The notes under the pieces were generated by a model. It was not told the DNA's origin. It did not search any database and saw nothing but the letters and a program-made list of their open reading frames with translations. 64,000 bases of DNA from an uncultured delta proteobacterium (GTDB lineage Bacteria; Desulfobacterota; Desulfuromonadia; Desulfuromonadales; JACZKF01). The translations under genes were made by a program, and so were the position numbers. This document shows, one piece after another, positions 9,656-19,863 of the stretch; position 1 is the stretch's first letter; each line of letters begins with the position of its first letter. The stretch covers positions 463,648-527,647 of the forward strand of contig CAWFKQ010000005.1 of assembly GCA_963816395.1 (NCBI GenBank). Reading direction: 5' to 3'.

Positions 9656-11295
9656 GTGATGCTGGTACAGAACTTCCTGGAGCAGGCGGCGACGCGGCGG
9701 CCCGCCAAGACGGCCCTGGTCTGCGCCGGAAGGCGCCTGAGCTATGCCGAAATCGACGCCCGGGCCGACCGTCTGGCCGCGGCGCTGGCCGAAATGGGGG
9801 TGCGGCGCCATGACCGGGTGGTCATTTTCCTGGAGAACTCCCCCGAGGCGGTGATCGCGCTTTTCGGCATCCTCAAGGCCGGCGCCGCTTTCGTCCTGCT
9901 CAACCCGGGGATGAAGGCGGCGAAGCTGGCCTTCATCCTCAACGACTGCGGCGCCCGGGCCATCATCGCCCATGCCGGCCGCCGAGCCGGTGGTCGGGGA
10001 GGCGCTCGCTCAGGCGCCTGAAGTGAAGGCGCGTTATCTGGTGCGGCGACTGCCCGCCGCCGGCGGTCCGCCCTGGACGGCAAGGACCCAGGCCCGGTGG
10101 GAAACGGTTGTCGACCGTCTCCCTGCCGGTCCGCCGGCCCGGCCCCCGGCATCGACATCGATCTGGCGACAATCATCTACACCTCCGGTTCGACCGGCGA
10201 GCCGAAGGGGGTCGTTTCGACGCACTACAACGTGGTGGCAGCGGCGCGCAGCATCACCACTTACCTGCGCAATCAGGAGGAGGACATCATCCTTAATGCC
10301 CTGCCCCTCTCCTTCGACTACGGGCTCTATCAGGCACTGATGGCCACCCTTTTCGGCGGCACGCTGGTGCTGGAGAAATCCTTCGTCTTCCCCTACAAGA
10401 TCCTGGAGCGCCTGGTGGAGGAGCGGGTCACCGGCTTTCCCATCGTGCCCACCATGGTCGCCCTGCTGCTGCAGATGGAGGATCTGCGGCGCTTCGACCT
10501 CAGTACCCTGCGCTACATCACCAACACCGCCGCCGCCCTGCCCGTCCCTTATATCCAGCGCTTGCGGGCGCTCTTTCCCCAGGTGCAGATCTATTCCATG
10601 TACGGGCTGACCGAGTGCAAGCGCGCTCTTTACCTGCCGCCGGAGGAACTCGCCCGCCGACCCCGGTTCGGTGGGCATCCCCATTCCCAACGAGGAAGCG
10701 TTCGTGGTGGACGAGGCAGGGCAGGAGGTCGCGCCGGGGGAGATCGGTGAGCTGGTGATCCGTGGGCAGAACGTCATGCAGGGTTATTGGAACCGCCCCG
10801 AGGAAACCGCCCGCACCTTCCGCCCGGGGCGCTGGCGCGGCGGAAACCCTCCTCTACACCGGCGATCTGTTCCGACGGGATGCCGAGGGCTTCCTCTATT
10901 TCGTCGCCCGCAAGGATGATCTGATCAAGACCAAGGGCGAACGGGTCAGCCCCCGGGAGATCGAAAACATCCTGTGCGCCCTCGACGGCGTGGCCGAGGC
11001 GGCCGTCATCGGCGTCCCGGACGAGATCCTCGGGCAGGCCATCAAGGCATACGTTGTGCCGGCCACCGGCCGGCGCTTGCGGGAGGAGGAAATCCTGCGC
11101 GGCTGCGTTCGCCAGCTTGAGTCGTTCATGGTCCCGAAATACCTGGAAATTCGTGAGAGCCTGCCGAAATCGGCGAGCGGCAAAATCGACAAGAAAAGTC
11201 TGGCCGCCGAAGATCCCCGGCACCGCTCACTGTTGTCCGCCGGGCAACCTGCCGCCTCGCCGGAGACATTCGCCTGCCTGCCGATCGGCGGCTGA
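9656..11295 (+). CDS. AMP-forming acyl/aminoacyl ligase (ANL superfamily), frameshifted in the assembly
   Basis: IYTSGSTGEPKG, LPLSFDYGLYQ, YGLTE, YTGDL, LPKSASGKIDK spread over four consecutive ORFs. Confidence 0.88.
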
Positions 11296-11365
11296 CCGAG
11301 ATGAAACTTTTCGCCGGCGGGATCGGGAGCCCGCCCCTCACTACACACCTTGCTATACTGGAGTG

Positions 11366-12517
11366 ATGGCGCACGCTACCCGTCTCTTCCAGGCAGGCCT
11401 CGCTTTAGCACTTCTCCTGCTCTCCGGCTGCGTCCCTGATCACCCCTACGAGTCAGCTCTGCTCCTCGCCGATTTCGCCGCCGGCAGCGGCCCCAGCAGA
11501 TTGAAGACACAGACGCCGGTGCCACGCCGAGAATCTCTGCGTATCACAATCCGCGACCGCAGCTACCAGGCTGACCTTTACACCTCCGGGGAGAAGCCGA
11601 TGGCGCCTCTTCTGATCGTTCCCGGTGCCGCCGAGTCAGGGAAAGACGACCCGCGGCTGGTCGCCTTCGCCACCAGCCTGGCCCGGGTCCGCTTTGCCGT
11701 TCTCGTCCCCGACCTTCCCGGCCTGCGCCGCCTGCAGGTCAGCACCGCCAACATACAGGAGGTGGCCGACGTCTTCAGCTGGCTGCTCGCCCGCCCGGAA
11801 CTGGCGCCGGCCGGAAGGGGCGGCATGGTCGCTTTCAGCTACGGCGCCGGACCGGCCCTGCTGGCCGCCCGCCAGCCGGAGCTGCGTGAACGGGCGGCCT
11901 TCCTGCTGCTCGTCGGGGGCTACTACGACCTGCCGGCGGCCCTGACCTATTTCACCACCGGCTGGTATCGGCAGGAGGGCGAGTGGCGCCACCAGGAGCC
12001 GAATGCCTACGGCAAGTGGGTCTTCGTCCAGGCCAACCTGGAGCGGGTGACGGACGCCCGCGACCGGGAGCTGCTGCGAACGATAGCCGAACGCAAGATG
12101 TCGAACCTGCAGGCGCCGGTGACCGACCTCGCCGCCCGACTCGGCCCGGAGGGGCGCGCCCTTTATGCCTTCCTCACCAACCGCGACCCGCGGCGCACGC
12201 CCCTGCTGCTGCGCGAGCTGCCGGCGGCCATCCGCGAGGAAATTGCCGCCCTCGACCTGGCCACCAGGGACTTATCCCACCTGACCGCCCGCCTCCTGCT
12301 GGTGCACGGCTACGACGACCCGATCATCCCCTTCACCCAGAGCGTTGAGCTGGCCCGCGCCGCCCCGGATACCGAGCTCTTCCTGCTGCGCGGTCTCTAC
12401 CATGTCGACCTGCGGCCCGGATGGGTCGACCGCTGGCGCCTCTGGCAGTTGACTGGCAGCCTGCTGGGCCGGCGCGACGAACTCGCCACTCAGGCCGCAC
12501 CCCTCCGTTCGCCTTAA
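11366..12517 (+). CDS. Alpha/beta-hydrolase fold lipoprotein
   Basis: Lipobox LLSGC; AFSYGA nucleophile elbow; HGYDDPII; C-terminal His. Confidence 0.7.
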   Translation: MAHATRLFQAGLALALLLLSGCVPDHPYESALLLADFAAGSGPSRLKTQTPVPRRESLRITIRDRSYQADLYTSGEKPMAPLLIVPGAAESGKDDPRLVAFATSLARVRFAVLVPDLPGLRRLQVSTANIQEVADVFSWLLARPELAPAGRGGMVAFSYGAGPALLAARQPELRERAAFLLLVGGYYDLPAALTYFTTGWYRQEGEWRHQEPNAYGKWVFVQANLERVTDARDRELLRTIAERKMSNLQAPVTDLAARLGPEGRALYAFLTNRDPRRTPLLLRELPAAIREEIAALDLATRDLSHLTARLLLVHGYDDPIIPFTQSVELARAAPDTELFLLRGLYHVDLRPGWVDRWRLWQLTGSLLGRRDELATQAAPLRSP

Positions 12518-12618
12518 TTCATTATAACTAGCTGTTAAATAATAATTTTTCTACTTGCAATTACCTCCTGTTCTGTTATTGGAAAGATAGAACCCGTTCT
12601 TGTGCAAAGGAGGTCCAA

Positions 12619-13329
12619 ATGATCAGGAGAGGATTATCCGGCTTGTCCGGCGCGGCTTTCGGCGCCGTCCTGCTGCTTTTCGCCGCCGCCCCGGTGCAGG
12701 CGTTGACCATGTACAGCAGCGACCTGACCCCGCTCAACGACTCCGGAGTTTTTGGCACGGTCCAGATGACCATGGATGACAACCTGCTGACGGTGCACAT
12801 CGAAGCCCACGGCCTTGAGGCCGACCAATTGCACCCGCAGCATATCCATGGGCTCTTCGGCCCCGATGGCGCTCCGACCGCTTCCGTTCTGCCCACCATG
12901 GCTCTTGACACCGACGGCGACGGGTACATCGAACTGGGTGAAGGACAAGCCGCCTATGGGCCGGTCCTCCTCCCCCTGACCTCACCGCCCGGCGGCGCCG
13001 CCGGCGATTACCCGGTCGCCAATAACGGCGGCAACATCAATTTCAAGGAGACTTACGATCTCACCGATGCCGGCGTGTTCGCCGACGACTTCGTCCGCAG
13101 CATGCTGCTCCCCCTCTCCCTGCGCGAGATCGTCCTGCACGGGATGACCGTAGCCGGCGACGTCGGCGCGGGAACCGGCGGTGAAGTCGACGGCACTCCC
13201 GGCTACAAGGCTTCCCTGCCGGTAGCGGCTGGCCTGATTGAGGCGGTGCCGGTGCCCGAACCGGCCACCCTGCTCCTCACCGGCCTCGGCCTGCTCGGGC
13301 TGGCCGCCAGACGACGCCGGCATGGCTGA
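12619..13329 (+). CDS. PEP-CTERM sorting-domain secreted protein (CHRD-like, His-containing)
   Basis: Signal peptide; HPQHIHG; C-terminal VPEP + hydrophobic helix + RRRR. Confidence 0.88.
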   Translation: MIRRGLSGLSGAAFGAVLLLFAAAPVQALTMYSSDLTPLNDSGVFGTVQMTMDDNLLTVHIEAHGLEADQLHPQHIHGLFGPDGAPTASVLPTMALDTDGDGYIELGEGQAAYGPVLLPLTSPPGGAAGDYPVANNGGNINFKETYDLTDAGVFADDFVRSMLLPLSLREIVLHGMTVAGDVGAGTGGEVDGTPGYKASLPVAAGLIEAVPVPEPATLLLTGLGLLGLAARRRRHG

Positions 13330-13412
13330 CCGGTGCACGCTGGCGCCTCGGTCGCGGGATGTGCAGTTCCTGACAGCCGTCGGCGCCAGCCAGGAAAGCA
13401 GGAGAAAACGCC

Positions 13413-13980
13413 ATGACACTCCATCCCCTCCGACTCCTGCCCCTGCTGCTCCTGCTCGGGCTGGGGCCGGGGCGGGCCGCTGGCGTGGCCGCCGGCACAA
13501 CCGCCAAGAGGAGATAACAAAATGGGACTTGAACTTTCCAGCCCGGTGATCCGCGACCAGAACATCCCGCAGCATTACACCTGCGACGGCGATAACGTCT
13601 CCCCACCTCTGGCCTGGGGCAATGTACCCGAGCAGGCGCAGAGTCTTACCCTGATCGCCGAAGATCCGGACGCCCCCGGCGGTGTCTTCACCCACTGGCT
13701 GCTCTTCAACATCCCCCCCGGCGTCAAGGAACTCCCCGAGGACGTCCGCCGGGACGAGACACTCCCCAACGGCGCCCGTCAAGGAATCAATGATTTCGGC
13801 AAGATCGGCTACGGCGGCCCCTGCCCTCCCGGCGGCACGCACCGCTACTATTTCAAGCTCTACGCCCTCGACACTCTGCTCGATCTGAAGCCAGGTGCGA
13901 CCAAGGAACAGCTCCTCGATGCCATCCAGGGGCACATCCTGGCCGAGACCGAGGTCATGGGCAAATACTCGCGTCATTGA
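13413..13980 (+). CDS. YbhB/YbcL (PEBP/RKIP-like) protein; probable signal peptide separated by a frameshift
   Basis: DPDAP, FTHW, GYGGPCPP, HRYYF in 13522-13980. An upstream GGAG+ATG at 13413 encodes MTLHPLRLLPLLLLLGLG, one base out of frame. Confidence 0.85.
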
Positions 13981-14001
13981 CCTCCCTGCACCCATGCCAA
14001 C

Positions 14002-14029
14002 AAGGGCGCCCATCAGGGCGCCCTTTTTT
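14002..14029 (+). terminator. Intrinsic terminator
   Basis: AAGGGCGCCC-ATCA-GGGCGCCCTT followed by a T-run, after the ybhB-like stop. Confidence 0.8.
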
Positions 14030-14152
14030 GCCAAACATCCATCCGCCCGCCAGGATCCGAAAAATCCCCCACCGTTTCTCCTTGCCTCCCGGCACCGCCC
14101 TTTCCTATAATCCACTTCTTCGTATACCACCATTCGAATAAAGGAGTGCACC

Positions 14153-14659
14153 ATGAGCGTCGCCAACCCTCTCGTCCAGATGGAAACCTCGAAAGGCGAG
14201 ATCATTCTCGAGCTCGATATCGCCAAGGCGCCCGCCACCGTCGAAAACTTCCTCGCCTACGCCCGCGCCGGCCATTATGATGGCACCATCTTTCACCGGG
14301 TTATCAAGGGATTCATGATCCAGGGCGGGGGCATGACGCCGGAGATGCAGGAGAAACCGACCGGGGCGCCGATAAAAAACGAGGCCGCCAATGGCCTGAA
14401 GAACCGGACGGGGACCATCGCCATGGCCCGCACCCAGGAGATCGACAGCGCCACCGCCCAGTTCTTCATCAATACCGAGGACAACAAATTTCTCGACCAT
14501 GTCGGTTCGAACAATTTCGGCTACGCGGTTTTCGGCAAGGTGGTCGATGGCATGAATGTGGTTTACACCATCGAGCAGGTTGCCACTGGCAGCGCGGGAA
14601 TGCACCAGGATGTGCCCAGGGAGCCGGTGATGATCGAAAAAGTTACGGTGGTGGAGTAA
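14153..14659 (+). CDS. Cyclophilin-type peptidyl-prolyl isomerase (PpiA/PpiB family)
   Basis: [37 protein letters not shown]. Confidence 0.95.
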   Translation: MSVANPLVQMETSKGEIILELDIAKAPATVENFLAYARAGHYDGTIFHRVIKGFMIQGGGMTPEMQEKPTGAPIKNEAANGLKNRTGTIAMARTQEIDSATAQFFINTEDNKFLDHVGSNNFGYAVFGKVVDGMNVVYTIEQVATGSAGMHQDVPREPVMIEKVTVVE

Positions 14660-14720
14660 CCAGACAAGCTGATCGTAGGCCGGTTTCCGGCTGGGCGGCG
14701 GCAACTGGGCAGGGATGAGA

Positions 14721-14750
14721 CAAAAGGGCAGCCAACCGGCCGCCCTTTTG
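14721..14750. terminator. Bidirectional intrinsic terminator
   Basis: CAAAAGGGC...GCCCTTTTG between convergent genes. Confidence 0.75.
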
Positions 14751-14818
14751 TTCTTTTAACGGGAGAGAATACATCGCCGGTCGCTCCGGCGAAAAAGTCG
14801 TTTCCTGGTTTCGCCTGT

Positions 14819-15574
14819 TTACTTCATGAACTCGGTGAAGGGCACCTTCCGATAATCGGCGGGCGGCTGGAACTCGGCATCCGGAACCGGCCCCTTTTCC
14901 ACCTTCACGACCTCCTCCCCGCTCTCTTCGCCCTCCGCCCCCTGCGGCACGATTTTGATCGGAAAGCCTTTCTGGTACAGCGACTGGTATTCCGCCGTAT
15001 CCTCGGGAGCAGCAATCGGCGTGCTGCCCATCCCCGCCCCCATGCAGGAGGCCATGCCACTGGCCATTTCGGAAAGCTTTTTCATATTTCCGAGTTCCTT
15101 GACCAGGGCAGGGTCATCGGAGAGCCACAGCTCCTCATAGGGTTCCCCGTCTACCGTGACCTGATATTTTTCCGTATTGAAACCGGCGATTTTGCCACCG
15201 CTACCTTGCCGGGAAACGGAAACCCTCAGCGGTTTAACCGCCGGTTCCGCTTCCTTCGGCTTCATCATCTGCTCCATCATCGCCTTTTCTTCGGGCGACA
15301 TGCCGCTCATGGCCTCCTGCATGGCACTTTTGCCCGCCTCACAGAAGTCCTCGACCGTCCCTTGCGCATAGGCCTTGTCCTCGGCCTCAATGAGGGTGAC
15401 CAACCCTTTCCGGGTGTCGAAAATATCGGTCTGGGCCTCCTGATCCGTGTGCTTTATCCGCCCATTGTCGATGTAGGTCCGACTGCCGTCCTTGTAGGTC
15501 AGGATGACTCCGGCCCAGGAAGTTGCGGTCAGGAGCATGGAGGACAAAACCAATACGGGGATTTTCCTTTTCAT
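14819..15574 (-). CDS. Secreted DUF4412-like protein
   Basis: Signal peptide; KIAGFNTEKY, ELWLS, GFPIK and C-terminal EFQPPADY. Confidence 0.7.
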   Translation of the reverse strand: MKRKIPVLVLSSMLLTATSWAGVILTYKDGSRTYIDNGRIKHTDQEAQTDIFDTRKGLVTLIEAEDKAYAQGTVEDFCEAGKSAMQEAMSGMSPEEKAMMEQMMKPKEAEPAVKPLRVSVSRQGSGGKIAGFNTEKYQVTVDGEPYEELWLSDDPALVKELGNMKKLSEMASGMASCMGAGMGSTPIAAPEDTAEYQSLYQKGFPIKIVPQGAEGEESGEEVVKVEKGPVPDAEFQPPADYRKVPFTEFMK

Positions 15575-16060
15575 TTTTTCCTCCTCAACGCAGCGGGAAC
15601 TCCAGGCAGATTAGAAAAGAATATATATAATAAACTTCATTTGCATGCTCTTCAATCTTTTCTTCGGCATCTCGGGGGGGTGCGTTGAAAGGGTGGGGCA
15701 CGAGAGGAAGCGGCGATTCTGTCGGGACGAGGATCGCCCCGACAGGAAACGCCGGAGTACTAGAAGTGCGGGCCGGGCACTGCAATCTTTTCCCTGGAGG
15801 GGTATGTGGGACAAGTTCCCAGCGCAATGACTGCTCCGGCCTGCAAGGCGATAAATTATCCGCAAATCGGGTAAATTTCCAGAAAATTCATGCGACAAAA
15901 ATAAAAAATAGCATGAGAATAATCCAATTCCCATGGTTTCCACTGCCTGGCACGTCAGGCCTTTTCTCCTTCATAATCCCGCCCGCCTGGCATCTGGCCG
16001 CATCCGCACTATAATTTTCTTACAGTTGCTGTTTTGCGAACACTCCGCAGGGAGATGCCC

Positions 16061-16846
16061 ATGAATGAACAGATGAATGCAACCGGCCCGATGTCGACAG
16101 CGGCGGCCGGCAGAGAAGCGGTGCGGGAACGGGAACTCGATTATCGCGCCGGCGGAACCACGCTCAAAGGCTACCTGGCACACAACGACAATCTCCAGGG
16201 GAAGCGTCCCGGCGTTCTGGTGGTACATGAGTGGTGGGGCCTCAACGATTATGCCCGCAAGCGGGCGCGGATGCTGGCGGAACTTGGCTACGCCGCCCTG
16301 GCCGTGGATATGTACGGGGAGGGGAAAACAGCCAGTCACCCGGCGGATGCCGGAAAATTCGCCGACGAACTGCGCCGGAATCTGCCCCTGGCCCGAGAGC
16401 GTTTTCTGGCCGCCCTCGAGACCTTGAAGAACCAGCCGGCGGTCGATCCGGAGAAGGTCGCCGCCCTCGGCTACTGCTTCGGCGGCGGGGTGGTGCTGGA
16501 GATGGCGCGCGCCGGGCTCCCCCTGAAGGGGGTGGCCAGTTTTCATGGCACCCTGGCTTTTACCTCAGCCGCCAGGCCCGGGGAGGTCAAAGCCCGAATC
16601 CTGGTCCTGCACGGCGCTGACGATCCGCTGACCACAGCGGAACAGCTCGCCAGCTTCCGGGAGGAAATGGATGCCGCCGGCGCCGATTACCGCGTCATCA
16701 TTTACCCGGGCGCCAGACACAGCTTCACCAATCCGGCCGCCGACGGGTGCGGCAAGGAGTTCGATATGCCGCTGGCCTATGACCCGGACGCCGATCGGCA
16801 GTCCTGGCAGGCCCTGCAGGAATTTCTGGCGCAGATTTTCCGCTGA
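16061..16846 (+). CDS. Dienelactone hydrolase family protein
   Basis: HEWWGLN, GYCFGG nucleophile, HGADDP, HSFTNP. Confidence 0.92.
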   Translation: MNEQMNATGPMSTAAAGREAVRERELDYRAGGTTLKGYLAHNDNLQGKRPGVLVVHEWWGLNDYARKRARMLAELGYAALAVDMYGEGKTASHPADAGKFADELRRNLPLARERFLAALETLKNQPAVDPEKVAALGYCFGGGVVLEMARAGLPLKGVASFHGTLAFTSAARPGEVKARILVLHGADDPLTTAEQLASFREEMDAAGADYRVIIYPGARHSFTNPAADGCGKEFDMPLAYDPDADRQSWQALQEFLAQIFR

Positions 16847-16858
16847 CGAGGAGAGCCG

Positions 16859-17635
16859 ATGAAGGGACTCAAGATCGCCCTCATAACCATCGCCGTCCTG
16901 GTGGTTCTGGCCGTGGTCGGAATCTTCCTGGTAGCCAGGAATCTCAATGGCATCGTCGAGGCGGCCATCGAGAAGTACGGTTCGCAGGCGACCGGCACCC
17001 CGGTGCAGGTGCAGGCGGTAAATATCGAACTGAAATCCGGTCAGGGATCGGTGCGCGGGCTGCAGGTAGCCAATCCGCCGGGCTTCTCGAATGAACCGAT
17101 CTTTCGCCTTGGCGACATCAGCATCGCCATCGATACCGGTTCCCTGACCTCAGGCCTGCCGGTAGTGAACGATATCCGCATCAGCAATCCGAGCTTCCTC
17201 TACCAGATCAATCAGCAGGCCGGAACCAATCTTGGGGTGATCAAAAAAAACCTCGAGCAGTTCGCCGCTTCCCACGGCGCCGGCAGGAAAGCGGAACCGC
17301 TCGCCAAAGGCGGCGGTCAGACGCGCCTGCTGGTCAAGCGCCTGACCATCGAAGGGGGCAAGGGGGTCCTCGACCTCACCGCGGTCGGCGGCAAGCGCGA
17401 GGAGGCCACGCTGCCTCCCCTCACCATGACGGATGTCGGCGGCAGGAACGGCATCACTCCGGCCGCTCTCGGCGAGGCGGTGCTCGCCGCCCTGGTCAAG
17501 AACCTGGAACAGACTGCCGCCCGGCAGGGAGTCGAGCAGGCGGTTCGCGGCAAGATCCAGGAGAAGGGCGGGGAGCTGGAGAAGAAGCTGAACGATAAGG
17601 CCGCCGAGGCTTTGAAAAAGGCCTTGGGGCAATAA
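16859..17635 (+). CDS. AsmA/DUF748-like membrane-anchored protein
   Basis: N-terminal TM; LQVANPPGFS; beta-rich body. Confidence 0.6.
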   Translation: MKGLKIALITIAVLVVLAVVGIFLVARNLNGIVEAAIEKYGSQATGTPVQVQAVNIELKSGQGSVRGLQVANPPGFSNEPIFRLGDISIAIDTGSLTSGLPVVNDIRISNPSFLYQINQQAGTNLGVIKKNLEQFAASHGAGRKAEPLAKGGGQTRLLVKRLTIEGGKGVLDLTAVGGKREEATLPPLTMTDVGGRNGITPAALGEAVLAALVKNLEQTAARQGVEQAVRGKIQEKGGELEKKLNDKAAEALKKALGQ

Positions 17636-17836
17636 CGCGCCGCCTCCGGGAGCGGCGGGCGGCATTCTGCCCTCAAACCAGGCCAGGCTGCTGGCGGTGG
17701 GAGTTTTTGCTGTTTCTTTTCCGCCGCCATCCTCTATAATCCGGCTGATTGCGCCGCGAAACCATTGGAAGCAGGCGCCGCATTCGGCAGAACCACCCGA
17801 GAAAATGGAAATTTCACGCTGCAAGATAATTTCCCC

Positions 17837-18148
17837 ATGAACCTTTTCGCCGATATTCCAGCCAACCTGCCGGAAGAAGAGGTACGGCCTCTTCTCACCG
17901 CCGCCTCCATCCGCATCGAGCGCATCGTTTCCACCGGCCAGGCCTCCGCCGCCGGCTTCTGGTATGACCAGGAAGAGAATGAATGGGTCCTGGTCCTGCA
18001 AGGGCGGGGAGTGATCGAATATCCGGACGGCTCCACGGTCGAGCTGCGGCGCGGCGATTCCCTGCAGATTCCCGCCCGCGTCCGGCACCGGGTGCGGGAA
18101 ACGGGCCGGGAGGAGGCAACCGTCTGGCTGGCGGTTTTCTATCGCTAG
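17837..18148 (+). CDS. Cupin domain protein
   Basis: RIERIVSTGQAS, WYDQEENEWV, IPARVRHRV. Confidence 0.85.
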   Translation: MNLFADIPANLPEEEVRPLLTAASIRIERIVSTGQASAAGFWYDQEENEWVLVLQGRGVIEYPDGSTVELRRGDSLQIPARVRHRVRETGREEATVWLAVFYR

Positions 18149-18275
18149 CTTCCAACCGCCCCGAATCCTCAGGCTGATTTGATTCTGGCGGCGGCGCCTG
18201 GCAGCCTTGCAATTCCGCAGCCCCCGGGGCACACTGATAAGGCTGCTGTTTGCTGTCCGGCCCTTTCAGGAGGTG

Positions 18276-19037
18276 ATGATGAACATTTATGCCCGGCGTT
18301 TCCTTTGGCCGGTTTTGCTGGTGCTGCTGGCCGTGACCGCCCGGGCCGAGGAGCCCTCCTCGGTGCCGCAGCTGTCGGTTTCCGGGCAGGCCGAGCTGCA
18401 GGTGCCGGCCGACCGGCTGCGCCTGAGTATCGGCGTGGTCACCCAGGCGCCCTCGGCGGAGAAAGCCCTGGAGGAAAACAACTCGCGGATGCGGGCGGTG
18501 GCCGAGGCACTGCGCCGGGCCGGACTGAGCGAAAAGGAGATGGAGACCGGGCAATTCAGGATCGAGCCGCAGCGTTCGTCGCCGCCGCCCCGCCCGGAGG
18601 CCGGCTGGCGGCCGCAGATCATCGGCTATACCGTGACCAACTCCCTGAACCTGCGAACAACCCGACTGGACTTGGCCGGACACCTGATCGCCGCCGCCGG
18701 CAAAGCCGGTGCCAACGACATCGGCTCTCTTTATTTCGATCTTGCCGACCCGCGCCGGTACCGCGCCGAGGCGATCCGCACGGCGACCGCCAACGCCCGG
18801 GCGGACGCCCACGCCCTGGCCGAGGCCGCCTCCGTCCGTCTGGTGCGCGTGCTGTCGCTGCGCCTCGACGAAACAGCGGCGGTGCCGCTGCCGATGGCCG
18901 CCGAGCGTTTCGCCATGAAAGCGGCGGCGGAACCGGTCATCGCCCCGGGAGAGGTGACGGTGCGGGCAGCCGTCAGTATGCTCTACGAAGTGGCGCCACT
19001 GGCAGAAGAGCCGAAAGATCAGGGGGGTGGGAAGTAG
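18276..19037 (+). CDS. SIMPL/DUF541 (YggE-like) periplasmic protein
   Basis: Signal peptide; VSGQAEL-VPAD, GYTVTNSL, ATANARADA. Confidence 0.88.
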   Translation: MMNIYARRFLWPVLLVLLAVTARAEEPSSVPQLSVSGQAELQVPADRLRLSIGVVTQAPSAEKALEENNSRMRAVAEALRRAGLSEKEMETGQFRIEPQRSSPPPRPEAGWRPQIIGYTVTNSLNLRTTRLDLAGHLIAAAGKAGANDIGSLYFDLADPRRYRAEAIRTATANARADAHALAEAASVRLVRVLSLRLDETAAVPLPMAAERFAMKAAAEPVIAPGEVTVRAAVSMLYEVAPLAEEPKDQGGGK

Positions 19038-19050
19038 GTATAAGATTGCG

Positions 19051-19773
19051 TCAGAAACAGGCGGGCGGCGACCCCGCTGGAGCGCCGGCACGCAGCCACA
19101 GCCGACGCTCCCAGTCGAAATGCTCGCGCGGGCGGAAACTGTCCTTGTAGGCCATGCGCGGACAACCGGGGACGTAATAGCCGAGATAATAATAGGGGAG
19201 CCCGAGCCGGCGGGCCTCGGCTATCTCCTGCAGGACGCCAAAAGTCCCCAGGCCCAGTCCGGCATAGCGGGGATCGAAGGCGAAGTAGACGCTGCTCAGG
19301 CAATCCTCCCCCCGGTCGAGAAAGCCGATGCCGATCAGTTCCTCCCCCAGGCGGATTTCGGTTTGCAGAGAGGGGCAGGAAGGGAGATAGAAAGACAGGA
19401 GGAATTCCTCCCGGTCTGCCTCCTGGCCGAAACGTAACCGGGAATGATCCCGGTAGATTTCGAAAATGCGCTCCGTCGGCTGCAGCGGCCCGAACGAAAC
19501 CTGCAGCCCGGTGTTCTTCCGGAGCAGGCGCCGTTGGCTGCGCGAGGGGAGGAATTCCGCCGTCGGCACCCGCAGGGGAATGCAGCGGCGGCACGCCGGG
19601 CAGCCGGGGCGAAAATAGTAGAGGCCGAACTTGCGCCACCCATCGGCGAGCAGCCGCGAGACTTCGCCGGCGCTGAGGCGCCCGGCCAGAAACGACTGGT
19701 AGCGCTTCGCCTGCCCCGGCAGGTAGGGGCAATCGGTAACTTCTTCAAACTGTGGGGTCTGGATTACCTGCAT
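19051..19773 (-). CDS. Arginyl-tRNA protein transferase family (ATE/Bpt)
   Basis: CPYLP, GWRKFG, C-x2-C-x2-C-x-PLR, SSVYFAFDP, YYYLGYYV, MAYK. Confidence 0.9.
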   Translation of the reverse strand: MQVIQTPQFEEVTDCPYLPGQAKRYQSFLAGRLSAGEVSRLLADGWRKFGLYYFRPGCPACRRCIPLRVPTAEFLPSRSQRRLLRKNTGLQVSFGPLQPTERIFEIYRDHSRLRFGQEADREEFLLSFYLPSCPSLQTEIRLGEELIGIGFLDRGEDCLSSVYFAFDPRYAGLGLGTFGVLQEIAEARRLGLPYYYLGYYVPGCPRMAYKDSFRPREHFDWERRLWLRAGAPAGSPPACF

Positions 19774-19863
19774 GGGACTCCTCGCGGCATTGAGGATGCC
19801 ACAGGTACTCCCGAGCGTCAACGGCGCTCCCCCACCCCACTGGTCGAATGGTGGTACTTAAAC

